Shown: in pieces, positions 25,461-34,869 of the stretch
Position numbering within the stretch: the stretch's first letter is position 1
Layout: every line of letters starts with the position of its first letter
Assembly (NCBI GenBank): GCA_964509335.1
Contig: CAZDXB010000007.1
Location: forward strand, 44,882 to 108,881
Direction: 5' to 3'
Length of the DNA stretch: 64,000 bases
Origin: an uncultured Hyphomicrobiales bacterium
GTDB taxonomy: Bacteria; Bacteroidota; Ignavibacteria; Kapaibacteriales; UBA2268
Translations under genes and position numbers: made by a program
The notes under the pieces: generated by a model
The model's database searches: none
What the model saw: only the letters and a program-made list of their open reading frames with translations
Told to the model about the DNA's origin: nothing

Positions 25461-27191
25461 ATGTTAAGTATGCTGGAATTAGATTTAAACGACCAAGAAA
25501 AAAGGAGACTGGAAGAGCTGGAAGAGCTTGAAGAAGCTGGAATTAATCCGTATCCTCACAAATTTGAAAAGACTCATTCCGCTAATGAAATATTGGATAA
25601 ATTTTCCGACGATAACCCTGACGAATTAAGCGAAGTCGCCGTCGCCGGAAGAATTATGAGCATCCGAAAAATGGGCAAGGCGAGCTTTTGCCATATGCAA
25701 GACCAGAGCGGCAAGATACAGATATATCTGAAGAAAGACGACTTAGCCGAAATGTACGAGCATTTCAAGAAGCGTTTCGATATTGGCGACATAATCGGCG
25801 TTAAAGGATTCGCTTTCAGAACGAAGATGGGCGAAATTTCCGTTCACGCGAAAGAGTTGCGCTTGCTGACCAAATCGCTTAGAATACTTCCCGTGAGAAA
25901 GGAAGAGACAGACGAAAAGGGGAACAAAATAGTCCACGACGCTTTCGCCGACGTTGAGTTGCGTTATCGCAGAAGATACGTGGATTTAATCGTAAATCCC
26001 GAAGTAAAAGAGACTTTCGTGAAAAGGTCGAAAATCATCGCCGAAATACGCGACTATTTCAATTCGAGAAACTGGCTGGAAGTGGAAACGCCGATATTGC
26101 AACAGATATACGGCGGCGCTACGGCGCGACCGTTTATCACGCATCATAACGCTTTGGACGTGGACTTCTATTTACGAATAGCCGACGAATTGTATCTTAA
26201 AAGGTTAATCGTAGGCGGCTTCGAAGGCGTTTACGAGATAAGCAAGAACTTCAGGAACGAGGGAATGGACAAGATGCACAATCCCGAGTTCACGGCGCTG
26301 GAAATTTACGTCGCTTACAAGGACTACGAGTGGATGATGGAAATGACGGAGAACCTTATTAACGAAGTCGCCAAGCGAGTCAACGGCGAGGAGTATATAG
26401 AATACGCGGGCAAGAAAATTAATTTGGAACTGCCTTTCAAAAGGGCGAAAATGTTCGATTTATTCGAAGAATATACAGGAAAAGACATAAGAGGTAAAAG
26501 TCGGGAAGAACTTTACGAAATAGCCAAAGACTTGGATTTGGAAGTTGAGAAAGATTTCAGCAAGATGAAGTTATACGACGAGATATTCAGCGAAAAAGTC
26601 GAACCGAACTTAATCGAGCCGACCTTCGTAGTTGATTATCCCATTGAATTGTCTCCCTTGGCTAAAAAGCATCGTTCAGGCGAAGAAAAGATAGTGGAGA
26701 GATTCGAATTATTTATCAACGGTTTTGAAATCGCCAATGCCTTCACCGAATTGAACGACCCGAGAGACCAAAGGGAAAGACTGGAAGAGCAAGCCAGAAT
26801 TAGAGCCGCCGGCGACGACGAAGCTATGATTGTCGATGAGGACTTCCTTTACGCGTTGGAAGTGGGGATGCCGCCCACGGCGGGATTAGGAATCGGCGTC
26901 GATAGGCTGGTTATGCTTCTAACCGGAGCGACGACAATCAGAGACGCCGTGCTGTTCCCGCAAATGAGACCGGAAAAGAAATCCAAGCCGTCGCCCGAGC
27001 CTGCGTTTAAAGAAATGGGCGTCCCGGAAGAATGGATAAGACACTTAATAAAAATGGGATTCGAAACAGCCGAAGATTTAAAAAAGGAACATCCGAACAA
27101 GCTTTTCAACGATATGGCGGTTTACAGAAAAAAGAACAAGCTCGACATAAAATTGCCTTCTAACAAAGAAGTTAAAAAGTGGCTTAAATAA
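25461..27191 (+). CDS. lysS: Lysine--tRNA ligase (class II) with ~75-aa C-terminal extension
   Basis: N-terminal anticodon-binding OB domain and class II motifs ([30 protein letters not shown]). An extra C-terminus [37 protein letters not shown]... follows the catalytic core. Confidence 0.9.
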   Translation: MLSMLELDLNDQEKRRLEELEELEEAGINPYPHKFEKTHSANEILDKFSDDNPDELSEVAVAGRIMSIRKMGKASFCHMQDQSGKIQIYLKKDDLAEMYEHFKKRFDIGDIIGVKGFAFRTKMGEISVHAKELRLLTKSLRILPVRKEETDEKGNKIVHDAFADVELRYRRRYVDLIVNPEVKETFVKRSKIIAEIRDYFNSRNWLEVETPILQQIYGGATARPFITHHNALDVDFYLRIADELYLKRLIVGGFEGVYEISKNFRNEGMDKMHNPEFTALEIYVAYKDYEWMMEMTENLINEVAKRVNGEEYIEYAGKKINLELPFKRAKMFDLFEEYTGKDIRGKSREELYEIAKDLDLEVEKDFSKMKLYDEIFSEKVEPNLIEPTFVVDYPIELSPLAKKHRSGEEKIVERFELFINGFEIANAFTELNDPRDQRERLEEQARIRAAGDDEAMIVDEDFLYALEVGMPPTAGLGIGVDRLVMLLTGATTIRDAVLFPQMRPEKKSKPSPEPAFKEMGVPEEWIRHLIKMGFETAEDLKKEHPNKLFNDMAVYRKKNKLDIKLPSNKEVKKWLK

Positions 27192-27205
27192 ATAGCGGGG
27201 ATAAT

Positions 27206-28120
27206 ATGTTTCAAGACGCCTTCGATATAATTAAAGAGAAATTCGGCTCGTGGGGAAACGATTTGGTAAATATTCTACCTTATTTTTTCGTTTCGCTTTT
27301 AGTATTTTTTATTTTCGCTTTGATAGCTAAAATTTCCAAGAAAATTACGCAAAAGGCGCTGGGTAGATTAACTTTCTCAAAATCGGTCAACAAGTTAATA
27401 TCAAATCTGATTTTTCTGACTATATTGATTATAGGCGCCGTCGTAGCTTTGGGAGCTTTAAAGTTGGAGAAAACGGTAACGTCGGTTTTAGCCGGCGCCG
27501 GTATCGTCGGTTTGGCTTTAGGCTTCGCTTTTCAGGATTTGGCTTCTAATATTATTTCCGGCGTAATACTTTCTATTCGCAAACCTATTAATATCGGCGA
27601 CTACATAGAGGCGAAAGGATATTTTGGACGAGTGATGGATATTAGATTGCGCTCGCTCGAGATGCACAATCTCGACGGACAAATAGTCTATATCCCGAGC
27701 AAGGAAGTTTTGCAAAATCCGATTACGAATTACACCCAAATGGGCAAACGCAGAGTCGTTTTAGACGTTGGCATCTCTTACGGGGATAACCTTGAAAAAG
27801 TAAGGAAAGTAACCTTAGAAGCTATTGACGAAGTGGAAGGCATCTTGAAAGACGAACCGGTAGAGTTTTACTATAAAGAATTCGGAGATAGCTCGATTAA
27901 TTTTATCGTCAGGTATTGGGTGAATTTCGAGAGACAGCCGGATTATTTGCAGTCGGTTAGCGATTCGATAATGAACATAAAAGCTAAATACGACGAGAAC
28001 GATATTACTATACCGTTCCCGATTTCGACTTTGGATTTCGGAATAAAAGGCGGCGAGAAACTTCACGAATCTTTGAACGAGTTGAGCGAGTTTAATTTTA
28101 AAGATAGCAACGGAAGTTGA
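27206..28120 (+). CDS. MscS-family mechanosensitive ion channel
   Basis: 3 TM helices, then conserved MscS beta-domain motifs (INIGDYIEAKGYFGRVMDIRLRSLEMHNLDGQIVYIPSKEVLQNPITNYT). Confidence 0.85.
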   Translation: MFQDAFDIIKEKFGSWGNDLVNILPYFFVSLLVFFIFALIAKISKKITQKALGRLTFSKSVNKLISNLIFLTILIIGAVVALGALKLEKTVTSVLAGAGIVGLALGFAFQDLASNIISGVILSIRKPINIGDYIEAKGYFGRVMDIRLRSLEMHNLDGQIVYIPSKEVLQNPITNYTQMGKRRVVLDVGISYGDNLEKVRKVTLEAIDEVEGILKDEPVEFYYKEFGDSSINFIVRYWVNFERQPDYLQSVSDSIMNIKAKYDENDITIPFPISTLDFGIKGGEKLHESLNELSEFNFKDSNGS

Positions 28121-28135
28121 TTAGATTTTGCCGAT

Positions 28136-29215
28136 ATGAAAGAAGACGAATTAAATTTTGAGCAAGCTGGACGGAAAAAGAAGAAACCGTCGTCGATAAT
28201 AAATATACTTTTAATCGTAGCGACTTTTTTTACGACTTCGATAGCCGGAGTCTTGTGGGCGGGCAAGGATTTTACCGACCTGTCCAACATTCATTTGGGA
28301 TTCGCTTACGCTATATTGATTGTAACTTTTTTAGGAGCGCACGAGTTCGGACATTACATAGCGTCGCGAGTTCACAAAGTGGACGCTACTTTGCCGTTTT
28401 TTATTCCGTTCCCGCCCGCGCCCAATTTGCCGAGTATATTCGGAACTTTCGGCGCTGTAATCAAAACTTATTCGCCTATACGCTCTCGCAAAGCTTTGTT
28501 CGACATAGGAGTAGCGGGACCTATCGCGGGCTTTGTCGTAGCGTTCGCCTTTTTGATTTACGGGCTTTCGACTTTGCCCGGCAAAGAGTTCATCTACAAT
28601 ATTCATCCCGAGTATTTAACCGAATTCGGCGGGAAAATACCTGAAACGAGCTTGCACTTTGGCGACACTTTGCTCTTTTGGATTAGCGCGAAACTCTTCG
28701 CTAATCCGGACGGCTTTCTGCCGCCGATGAACGAAATTTATCACTATCCTTTTCTGAACGTCGGCTGGTTCGGTTTGTTCGTAACGACTTTAAATTTAAT
28801 ACCCATCGGTCAGTTGGACGGCGGACACGTAGCCTACGCTATGTTCGGCGAGGAAAAACAATACAAAGTCGCCAATATCGCTTGGAAAATTATGATGGCG
28901 ATAGGGATAGTTGGATTGCTGGGAATATTATACGATTTTATGTCCTTTGATTATCCCGACAAAACTTATCAGTTTTTCAAAGATTTGCTCCTGCCGCCTC
29001 TGAAATTTATTAAAGCAAAGGTCCCTTGGTTGCTGCAGTGTTGGCCCGGATGGCTCTTTTGGGGATTGATAGCTAGATTTTTCATTAAGTTGCGGCATCC
29101 TCCTTTAATTGAACACGGCGAACCGCTAGATTCAAAAAGAAGAGCAATTGGTTGGTGCGCCTTCGTAATTCTTTTCTTGAGCCTATCTTATAACGGCATA
29201 TACTTTATTCAGTAA
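28136..29215 (+). CDS. Site-2 protease (M50) family intramembrane zinc metalloprotease
   Basis: Polytopic. HExxH inside a TM helix (LGAHEFGHYIASRVH). A second conserved motif region is LNLIPIGQLDGGHV (LDG of the S2P family). Confidence 0.7.
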   Translation: MKEDELNFEQAGRKKKKPSSIINILLIVATFFTTSIAGVLWAGKDFTDLSNIHLGFAYAILIVTFLGAHEFGHYIASRVHKVDATLPFFIPFPPAPNLPSIFGTFGAVIKTYSPIRSRKALFDIGVAGPIAGFVVAFAFLIYGLSTLPGKEFIYNIHPEYLTEFGGKIPETSLHFGDTLLFWISAKLFANPDGFLPPMNEIYHYPFLNVGWFGLFVTTLNLIPIGQLDGGHVAYAMFGEEKQYKVANIAWKIMMAIGIVGLLGILYDFMSFDYPDKTYQFFKDLLLPPLKFIKAKVPWLLQCWPGWLFWGLIARFFIKLRHPPLIEHGEPLDSKRRAIGWCAFVILFLSLSYNGIYFIQ

Positions 29216-29320
29216 AAACATATGCTATACAGTATCCGATTTATTTGATAAGGCTAATTATTTTTTTTATATTGTCAAATCTAAGAAACAGTGTTAAAAA
29301 ATAAACAGAGGTAGATAGTA

Positions 29321-30868
29321 ATGGGTGAAAAGGTAGAAAATTTAGCTTTAACGAATCCTTTGTCGAAAATAATTGATAAAGGCCCTAAGGATTTTACTAG
29401 AGAAGACTTAATTAAAGTTATAGAAGAAAAAGAGATAGAAAGAATCACCTTCCATTATACGGGCGTTGACGGAAAAATAAAAGAATTAAAACTGCCGGTA
29501 AATAGCAAAAGATACGCGGAGCTAGTTTTAACCGAAGGCGAGCGAGCGGACGGCTCCTCGTTGTTCAAAGGAATGGTTGACCCCGGCAAATCGGATTTAT
29601 ACGTAGTTCCCAAATACAGCACGGCTTTTCTTAATCCTTTTGTGGAAGGCAGTTTGGATTTCGTTTGCCGTTTTATCAATCCTCAAGGCGAGTTGGCGGA
29701 GTTCCCGCCGGATAACATTCTTCGCCGAGCGAGCGATATGTTAAAGGACAATACGGGATTCGATTTGCACGCTTTGGGCGAGCTGGAATTCTTTCTTTTA
29801 AGCGACCCGGAAAACAGAACGTTTCCGCTTCCTAAGCAAGCGGGCTATCACGCCAGTTCGCCGTTCGTTAAGAACAACGAAGCTCTAAACGAAATGCTCA
29901 GGCTGATAACGCAAATAGCGGGGAACGTAAAATACGCTCACAGCGAAGTTGGCTTTTTGTCTAGAGTGGAAAGCGAATTAGAAGAAATCGACGGCAAAAT
30001 GGCGGAACAAGTGGAAGTTGAATTCCTGCCGACGCCTATAGAAGAAACGGGCGACTCGCTGGTGTTGGCGAAATGGATTATTCGCAACGTAGCTTATAAA
30101 CACGATTGCGTCGCTACTTTCGCTCCGAAAATTGAAGTCGGGCACGCCGGCAACGGAATGCACGTTCATCTTGCTTTAATGAAGGACGGCAAGAACGCGA
30201 TGGTCGATTCAAACAACCAATTGAACGAAAATTCCAAAAAAGTAATAGGCGGTTTGTGTAAATACGCTTCTAGCTTGAACGCTTTCGGCAATACGGTAGC
30301 CGGTTCTTATTTAAGACTGGTGCCGCATCAAGAAGCGCCGACAAAAGTATGCTGGAGCGAGATGAACCGCAGCGCGTTGATTCGCGTGCCGCTTGGATGG
30401 AACGAAGTCGAAAATTTAGCGTCAATAGTCAATCCCAACGAAAAGCTGCCCGAAACAAAGTTCGATTCAAGGCAGACCGTCGAGCTTAGAAGCCCAGACG
30501 GAAGCTGTAACTCGCATTTGCTATTGTCCGGAATTACTATGGCTGTCGATTGGGGATTGACCAACGGCGAAGAAGCTCTTAAAATTTCCGACAAATGTTA
30601 CGTAGCCGGCAATATCCACGACGAGGACAACGAGTTAAACTTGGAAGAAATCGCCGAAAGTTGCGAAGATTCCGCCGACGTATTGCTCGAGCATAGGGAT
30701 ATATTCGAAAGGAAAGATATTTTCCCCAAAAACGTAATAGACTTCATTGCTGAAAAGTTAAAAGAAGAGGAAGATAGAGATTTACATAAACGATTGATGT
30801 CGCTTTCGGACGAAGAAAAAGTTAAAGAGTCGAGACGAGTTATGCACAAGGATTTGCATAAACATTAA
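29321..30868 (+). CDS. Glutamine synthetase family protein (GS beta-grasp + catalytic domains)
   Basis: 515 aa. The N-terminus ITFHYTGVDGKIKELKLP resembles the GS beta-grasp domain. Catalytic-domain-like motifs NGMHVHLAL and SYLRLVPHQEAPT... are present. Type I versus other GS classes was not resolved. Confidence 0.65.
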   Translation: MGEKVENLALTNPLSKIIDKGPKDFTREDLIKVIEEKEIERITFHYTGVDGKIKELKLPVNSKRYAELVLTEGERADGSSLFKGMVDPGKSDLYVVPKYSTAFLNPFVEGSLDFVCRFINPQGELAEFPPDNILRRASDMLKDNTGFDLHALGELEFFLLSDPENRTFPLPKQAGYHASSPFVKNNEALNEMLRLITQIAGNVKYAHSEVGFLSRVESELEEIDGKMAEQVEVEFLPTPIEETGDSLVLAKWIIRNVAYKHDCVATFAPKIEVGHAGNGMHVHLALMKDGKNAMVDSNNQLNENSKKVIGGLCKYASSLNAFGNTVAGSYLRLVPHQEAPTKVCWSEMNRSALIRVPLGWNEVENLASIVNPNEKLPETKFDSRQTVELRSPDGSCNSHLLLSGITMAVDWGLTNGEEALKISDKCYVAGNIHDEDNELNLEEIAESCEDSADVLLEHRDIFERKDIFPKNVIDFIAEKLKEEEDRDLHKRLMSLSDEEKVKESRRVMHKDLHKH

Positions 30869-30875
30869 ATCGCCC

Positions 30876-31085
30876 TTAACGTTTGGGCTTGAAGTCGGGT
30901 TTTTCTTCTTTTTCCCAGAATTCCGGCGAGTTGACTTTTTTGTAAGAATCCTCGCTTTCGATGATAGATTCGATACTATTATCGGCGGGGATTTTTTTAT
31001 GAATTTCCCGACTAGAAGTATAGCCCGCGTCTCCTATAAAAGACGCGAGCCATACGAAAGTCAATATTGCTAAAACTGCTTTCAT
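30876..31085 (-). CDS. Small secreted protein (hypothetical), C-terminal ...EKPDFKPKR motif
   Basis: 69 aa with signal peptide MKAVLAILTFVWLASFIG. Shares a C-terminal motif with the adjacent 84-aa ORF. Confidence 0.3.
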   Translation of the reverse strand: MKAVLAILTFVWLASFIGDAGYTSSREIHKKIPADNSIESIIESEDSYKKVNSPEFWEKEEKPDFKPKR

Positions 31086-31096
31086 AGTTAACTAAA

Positions 31097-31351
31097 CTAG
31101 TCGTTGATTGGGTCTCTCTTAGGCTTCCAATCGGGCGGGTCGTCCCAAGGTTCTACAACGCCGCAATTCGGGTCGTAGGTTTCCTCGAAATACTGAACCG
31201 CGTCTTGCTGAAGGTTTTCGTCGTAGTACACGTCTTCGACGACTTGCTGGTTTTCTTCGTAGATGTAGATTAGGTCGTCGGCAGTGTACTGAGTTCCCGT
31301 TCCCGGTATCAACAATTGAAGATACCATAAAATAGCGATTAAAATATCCAT
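31097..31351 (-). CDS. Small secreted acidic protein (hypothetical), C-terminal ...PDWKPKRD motif
   Basis: 84 aa, hydrophobic N-terminus, acidic Tyr-rich body. Paralogous C-terminus to 30876-31085. Confidence 0.3.
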   Translation of the reverse strand: MDILIAILWYLQLLIPGTGTQYTADDLIYIYEENQQVVEDVYYDENLQQDAVQYFEETYDPNCGVVEPWDDPPDWKPKRDPIND

Positions 31352-31644
31352 TTTTACCCCCTATAATAATAAATAAAAAACGAATTTAACGGCTATAGTT
31401 CCAACTGGCGTGCCATATAAAACAGAAGAGCTTTAAAAAAGGGGAGTCTAAGGGTTTTTGCTCCTTTCGGCAAACCAATGACGCTGTAAACGCTTTAACA
31501 TCTATAATTTGCAAGTTCGGTAAAAAAAGCAATGCTTTAACGATTAGTTTTAAATAAATGGTATGGGTTTTGCTTAAAAGGAAACAAATAGGTTTATTTT
31601 AGCCAATGCGGCTAATTATTTAACCAATTGAAAAATGGTAGGAT

Positions 31645-34035
31645 ATGCGAAAGATGAAAAATAAAAGCTTGACTGGGGCTATAATCGCGATTATAGTAAC
31701 GGCGATTTGTATTTTTCAAACGCCGTTGTTAGCGAAAGGGCGCTTGGATAGTTTGACCAAGTCGCTTCAAGCCGCTGATTACGAGGACAGCGCCGAGATA
31801 TATAATGAAATATCCGAAAAGTATTTAGCCGAATCCCCCAAAAAGAGCATAGCTTTCGGCAAAAAGGCTTTGATGGTCGCCGAAAGAAACAACGACGAAG
31901 CCTTAAAAGCCAGAGCCTATATGTCTATCGGAGCCGGGTTCGAGTTTCAAGAGCAATACGATTTGGCTTTGTCTTATTACAAAGACGCTTTGTCGATTCA
32001 AAAGAAAATTGGCGACCAAAAAGATATTTCGAGGTCTCTAAACAATATCGGGGTTTTATATCAAAAAGCGGGGAATTTAGATTCAGCCGCCAAATATTAT
32101 GAAATAGCCTTGAATATTAAAGAGAAATTTAGCAATTACGAAGAGATAGCTAAAACGCTATATAACTTGGGTTCGGTTTATTCAATAAAGGGAGAGTATA
32201 ACAAAGCCATAGAATTTTTTAATAGACTGCTTAAAATACAAAAGAGACTTTCGAACAAAGAAGAACTCGCGAATGTTCACAACTACTTAGCCTATTCTTA
32301 CCAAAAAGTTGGCAAATACGACGCCGCTTTAAACAATTATTTGTCTGAATTGAAATTACGAGAGGAACTGAATCAAACCGAAAACGTCGAGAGATTCTTC
32401 TCGAAAATCGGGAAAATATACTACCAGATGCAGAATTACGAGAAGGCTATCGAATATTATAACAAAGCTTTGTTGATTGTTAAAGATAAAGACGAGGAGA
32501 TGGAAACGGCGAAGACTCTATCGAATCTAGGCAACGTTTATTACGAGGCAAAAGACTTTCGGGAAGCTTTGGAATACTATAAAAAATCGTTAAAAATAAC
32601 GGAGGACAAAGAGCAGTCCAGCGAAGACTTTAAATTGAGCGACAACGCCTTAAGGGGCAAGGCAATTCTTCTTAACAACTTGGGTTTGGTTTATAAAAAT
32701 TCCGGCGATTACGAAAAAGCGCTAGTTTATTGCAAAAGAGCAATTGAACTGAAAGACTCGATAAGCGAAGACAGCGACATTTTCTATCCGCTCACAAGCT
32801 TAGCCGAGATTTATTTGAAATTGGACAAACCCCAAGAAGCGCTAAATAACCTCGAAAAATCACTCGATATAGCCGAGCGAAAAGACAATATAAATTTAAA
32901 GAAAATCGCCCGAAAATTGCTCTACGAAGTTTACGCGAAAATCGGCGATTACGAACATGCTCTTGAAAACCATAAGAAATACTCCGCTCTAAAGGACAGC
33001 ATCTTGAACAAAACGACTAATAAGATAATTTCGGAGATGCAGGTCAAATACGAGACGAAAAGAAAAGAGCAGGAAAACAAAGCTCTGAAACGCGTAAACG
33101 AGACTCAGCGAAATTATTTTATAGTAATATCCGCTCTGATACTAATTATTTTAGGCGTTCTATATAGTAGATACAGAGGCAAGCAAAAAGCCAACAAGAT
33201 GTTGCGCGATATGAACAAGCAAATCAAAAAGCAGCACGGCGAGTTAGAATACATGTTTTCGCAATTGCAAGCGAAAGAAGAGCGATTGCGAGAAGCCAAC
33301 GCCACAAAAGACAAATTCTTTTCAATAATAGCGCACGATTTGAAGAATCCCTTGCAAGCTATAACCTTGTCGGCGGATATGCTGAAGAACAAATATAGAT
33401 ACATGGAAGCCGAGCAATTGGTTTCGCTAATCGGTAACATCAATAACGCCGGCGAGCATCTGTCCTCGCTTTTGGAAAATCTGCTGCAATGGTCGAGAAC
33501 GCAGAACGGAAAAATCAAGTATTATCCAGAGGAAATAGATTTAAAGGTCGTGGCGAAAGAGAACGTACAACTGATTTCCGCTTACGCCGAAAAGAAAGGC
33601 GTAAAAGTAAAAAGCGACATCGCCGCTCAAAAGAGAGCTTTTATCGACAAAAACATGATAAGCACCGTATTCCGCAATTTGATTTCCAACGCCGTTAAAT
33701 TTACCGAGGAAGACGGAGAGGTCAACTTGTCGGTAAACGAAAAAGATTTGTTTTACGAGGTGGCGGTAAAGGACACCGGAGTCGGCATAAGCGAAAAAGA
33801 CTTAGATACATTGTTTAGAATAGACGCTCATCGCACAACCAAAGGCACCCGCGACGAAAAAGGCACTGGCTTGGGCTTGATTTTATGCAAAGAATTCGTC
33901 GAGATGAACGGCGGAAGGATTTGGGCTGAAAGCGAGCTTGGCGAAGGCTCGACATTCTATTTCACCGTCCCGAAATTTATGAAAGACAAAAACAAAGGAC
34001 CGAGAGACGACGTTAATATCGTTAATATGAATTAA
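31645..34035 (+). CDS. TPR-repeat sensor histidine kinase (signal peptide, ~12 TPR units, TM, HisKA, HATPase_c; no receiver)
   Basis: 796 aa. Repeated A..YY..AL.I....G TPR pattern. TM NYFIVISALILIILGVLY. H-box FFSIIAHDLKNPLQAI. G-boxes DTGVGIS and GTGLGLILCKEFVEMNGGRIWAESE. Confidence 0.8.
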   Translation: MRKMKNKSLTGAIIAIIVTAICIFQTPLLAKGRLDSLTKSLQAADYEDSAEIYNEISEKYLAESPKKSIAFGKKALMVAERNNDEALKARAYMSIGAGFEFQEQYDLALSYYKDALSIQKKIGDQKDISRSLNNIGVLYQKAGNLDSAAKYYEIALNIKEKFSNYEEIAKTLYNLGSVYSIKGEYNKAIEFFNRLLKIQKRLSNKEELANVHNYLAYSYQKVGKYDAALNNYLSELKLREELNQTENVERFFSKIGKIYYQMQNYEKAIEYYNKALLIVKDKDEEMETAKTLSNLGNVYYEAKDFREALEYYKKSLKITEDKEQSSEDFKLSDNALRGKAILLNNLGLVYKNSGDYEKALVYCKRAIELKDSISEDSDIFYPLTSLAEIYLKLDKPQEALNNLEKSLDIAERKDNINLKKIARKLLYEVYAKIGDYEHALENHKKYSALKDSILNKTTNKIISEMQVKYETKRKEQENKALKRVNETQRNYFIVISALILIILGVLYSRYRGKQKANKMLRDMNKQIKKQHGELEYMFSQLQAKEERLREANATKDKFFSIIAHDLKNPLQAITLSADMLKNKYRYMEAEQLVSLIGNINNAGEHLSSLLENLLQWSRTQNGKIKYYPEEIDLKVVAKENVQLISAYAEKKGVKVKSDIAAQKRAFIDKNMISTVFRNLISNAVKFTEEDGEVNLSVNEKDLFYEVAVKDTGVGISEKDLDTLFRIDAHRTTKGTRDEKGTGLGLILCKEFVEMNGGRIWAESELGEGSTFYFTVPKFMKDKNKGPRDDVNIVNMN

Positions 34036-34037
34036 GC

Positions 34038-34067
34038 GAGCGTTATCGGAACGCTCTCTTACTTTTT
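34038..34067 (+). terminator. Rho-independent terminator after TPR-HK gene
   Basis: GAGCGTT-atcgg-AACGCTC hairpin followed by TCTTACTTTTT, 3 bp after the stop. Confidence 0.6.
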
Positions 34068-34115
34068 CCCGCATCCGACGAGCTAAATCTCGTCGCAATT
34101 GAACGACTTTTTATA

Positions 34116-34147
34116 TCATTCCGAAATTGGAATTTCGGAATGAGGGA
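34116..34147. repeat. Hairpin repeat family 2 copy (TCATTCCGAAATTGGAATTTCGGAATGAGGG)
   Basis: Perfect palindrome. Confidence 0.7.
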
Positions 34148-34195
34148 TAGAGATAGAAGACTTGTTCTGCCGTTCTATCTACGGCTAATCAGAGT

Positions 34196-34869
34196 TTAAG
34201 GTGACAGGCGCTAACGATAGGCGGATAACCGACACGCTTTAGCGGTCGGATATCCTTTTTCGGCGATATCGAGCGATGGCAAATAGTTAAAGAGACTGTC
34301 TCGAAAGCAATAAATTCATACACGGGGGGCAAGCCCCGTGTGCTTCCAAAGTAAATCAGCGTAAAGCGATGGAATATAAACTTATCAGTCAATATTGAAA
34401 GGACGCATCGGGGCTAGCCCCGATGTAATATTTAAGTTTTTTAGGCAGTCGCTTCAGTTGTCGGCTTTCGTCAAGCGGCTTCTTAGCGTTAGCGGAAAGC
34501 TAAAGCTTTCCGTTTCCTTGGATTGCGAAGACGGGGGCGTCTTCGCTACTCTGTTTTGAAAAAATAAAAATAATATTTGGATTGTATAAATTTTGTTTTT
34601 ATATTTGTATTGGAATGTTATAAGTTCATATATATATATGATTTACAAAAACAAATAGAGGAGGCGTAAATTTGCCGGACATAATAGTTATAGAATGCCA
34701 AAGATTAAAACTGCCAAAATAAAGGACCGGCGAGAGTAAGCCGCGTCGCCGGTCCAATTATTGCGTCAACGCGCGTTCCCGAGTTTAAGATGTTATATTC
34801 GCGTTATAACTGCGGCTCGGGAACGCCGCCTATAATAACAATTACAAATTTAATAAAAAGGAAAGAGTT
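34196..34869 (+). promoter_or_regulatory. Long conserved non-coding leader, copy 1: ~100-bp conserved block (34196-34300), ~260-bp hairpin-rich unique segment, then ~310-bp block (34560-34869) with AT-rich promoter-like region, SD-preceded 16-codon uORF (34672-34722) and two GC-rich stem-loops (34724-34755; 34773-34826)
   Basis: 34560-34886 is ~95 % identical to 38566-38891, and 34196-34300 is ~85 % identical to 38336-38440. Hairpins GGACCGGCGA-N12-TCGCCGGTCC and GCGTTCCCGAG-N32-CTCGGGAACGC are identical in both copies. The uORF AGAGGAGG-7nt-TTG is MPDIIVIECQRLKLPK. Confidence 0.6.

Noticed and set aside
34189-34392. 67-aa reverse-strand ORF in the copy-1 spacer
   Set aside because: It is embedded in a hairpin-dense region with no RBS. 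It reads through the palindromes and is more likely structured non-coding sequence.
34560-34640. Bacteroidetes-type promoter (TTTG ... TAnnTTTG) in the leader
   Set aside because: TATATTTG is present at ~34607, but the upstream TTTG is only 6 nt away instead of ~19-21 nt. A sigma-70-like TTGTAT-18-TATATA arrangement is equally possible, so no specific promoter was called.
34560-34869. Known riboswitch or RNA family in the conserved leader
   Set aside because: By eye it has no match to the conserved cores of TPP, SAM, cobalamin, glycine, c-di-GMP, FMN or purine riboswitches, or to RNase P, tmRNA, SRP or 6S. It is left as an unclassified leader.
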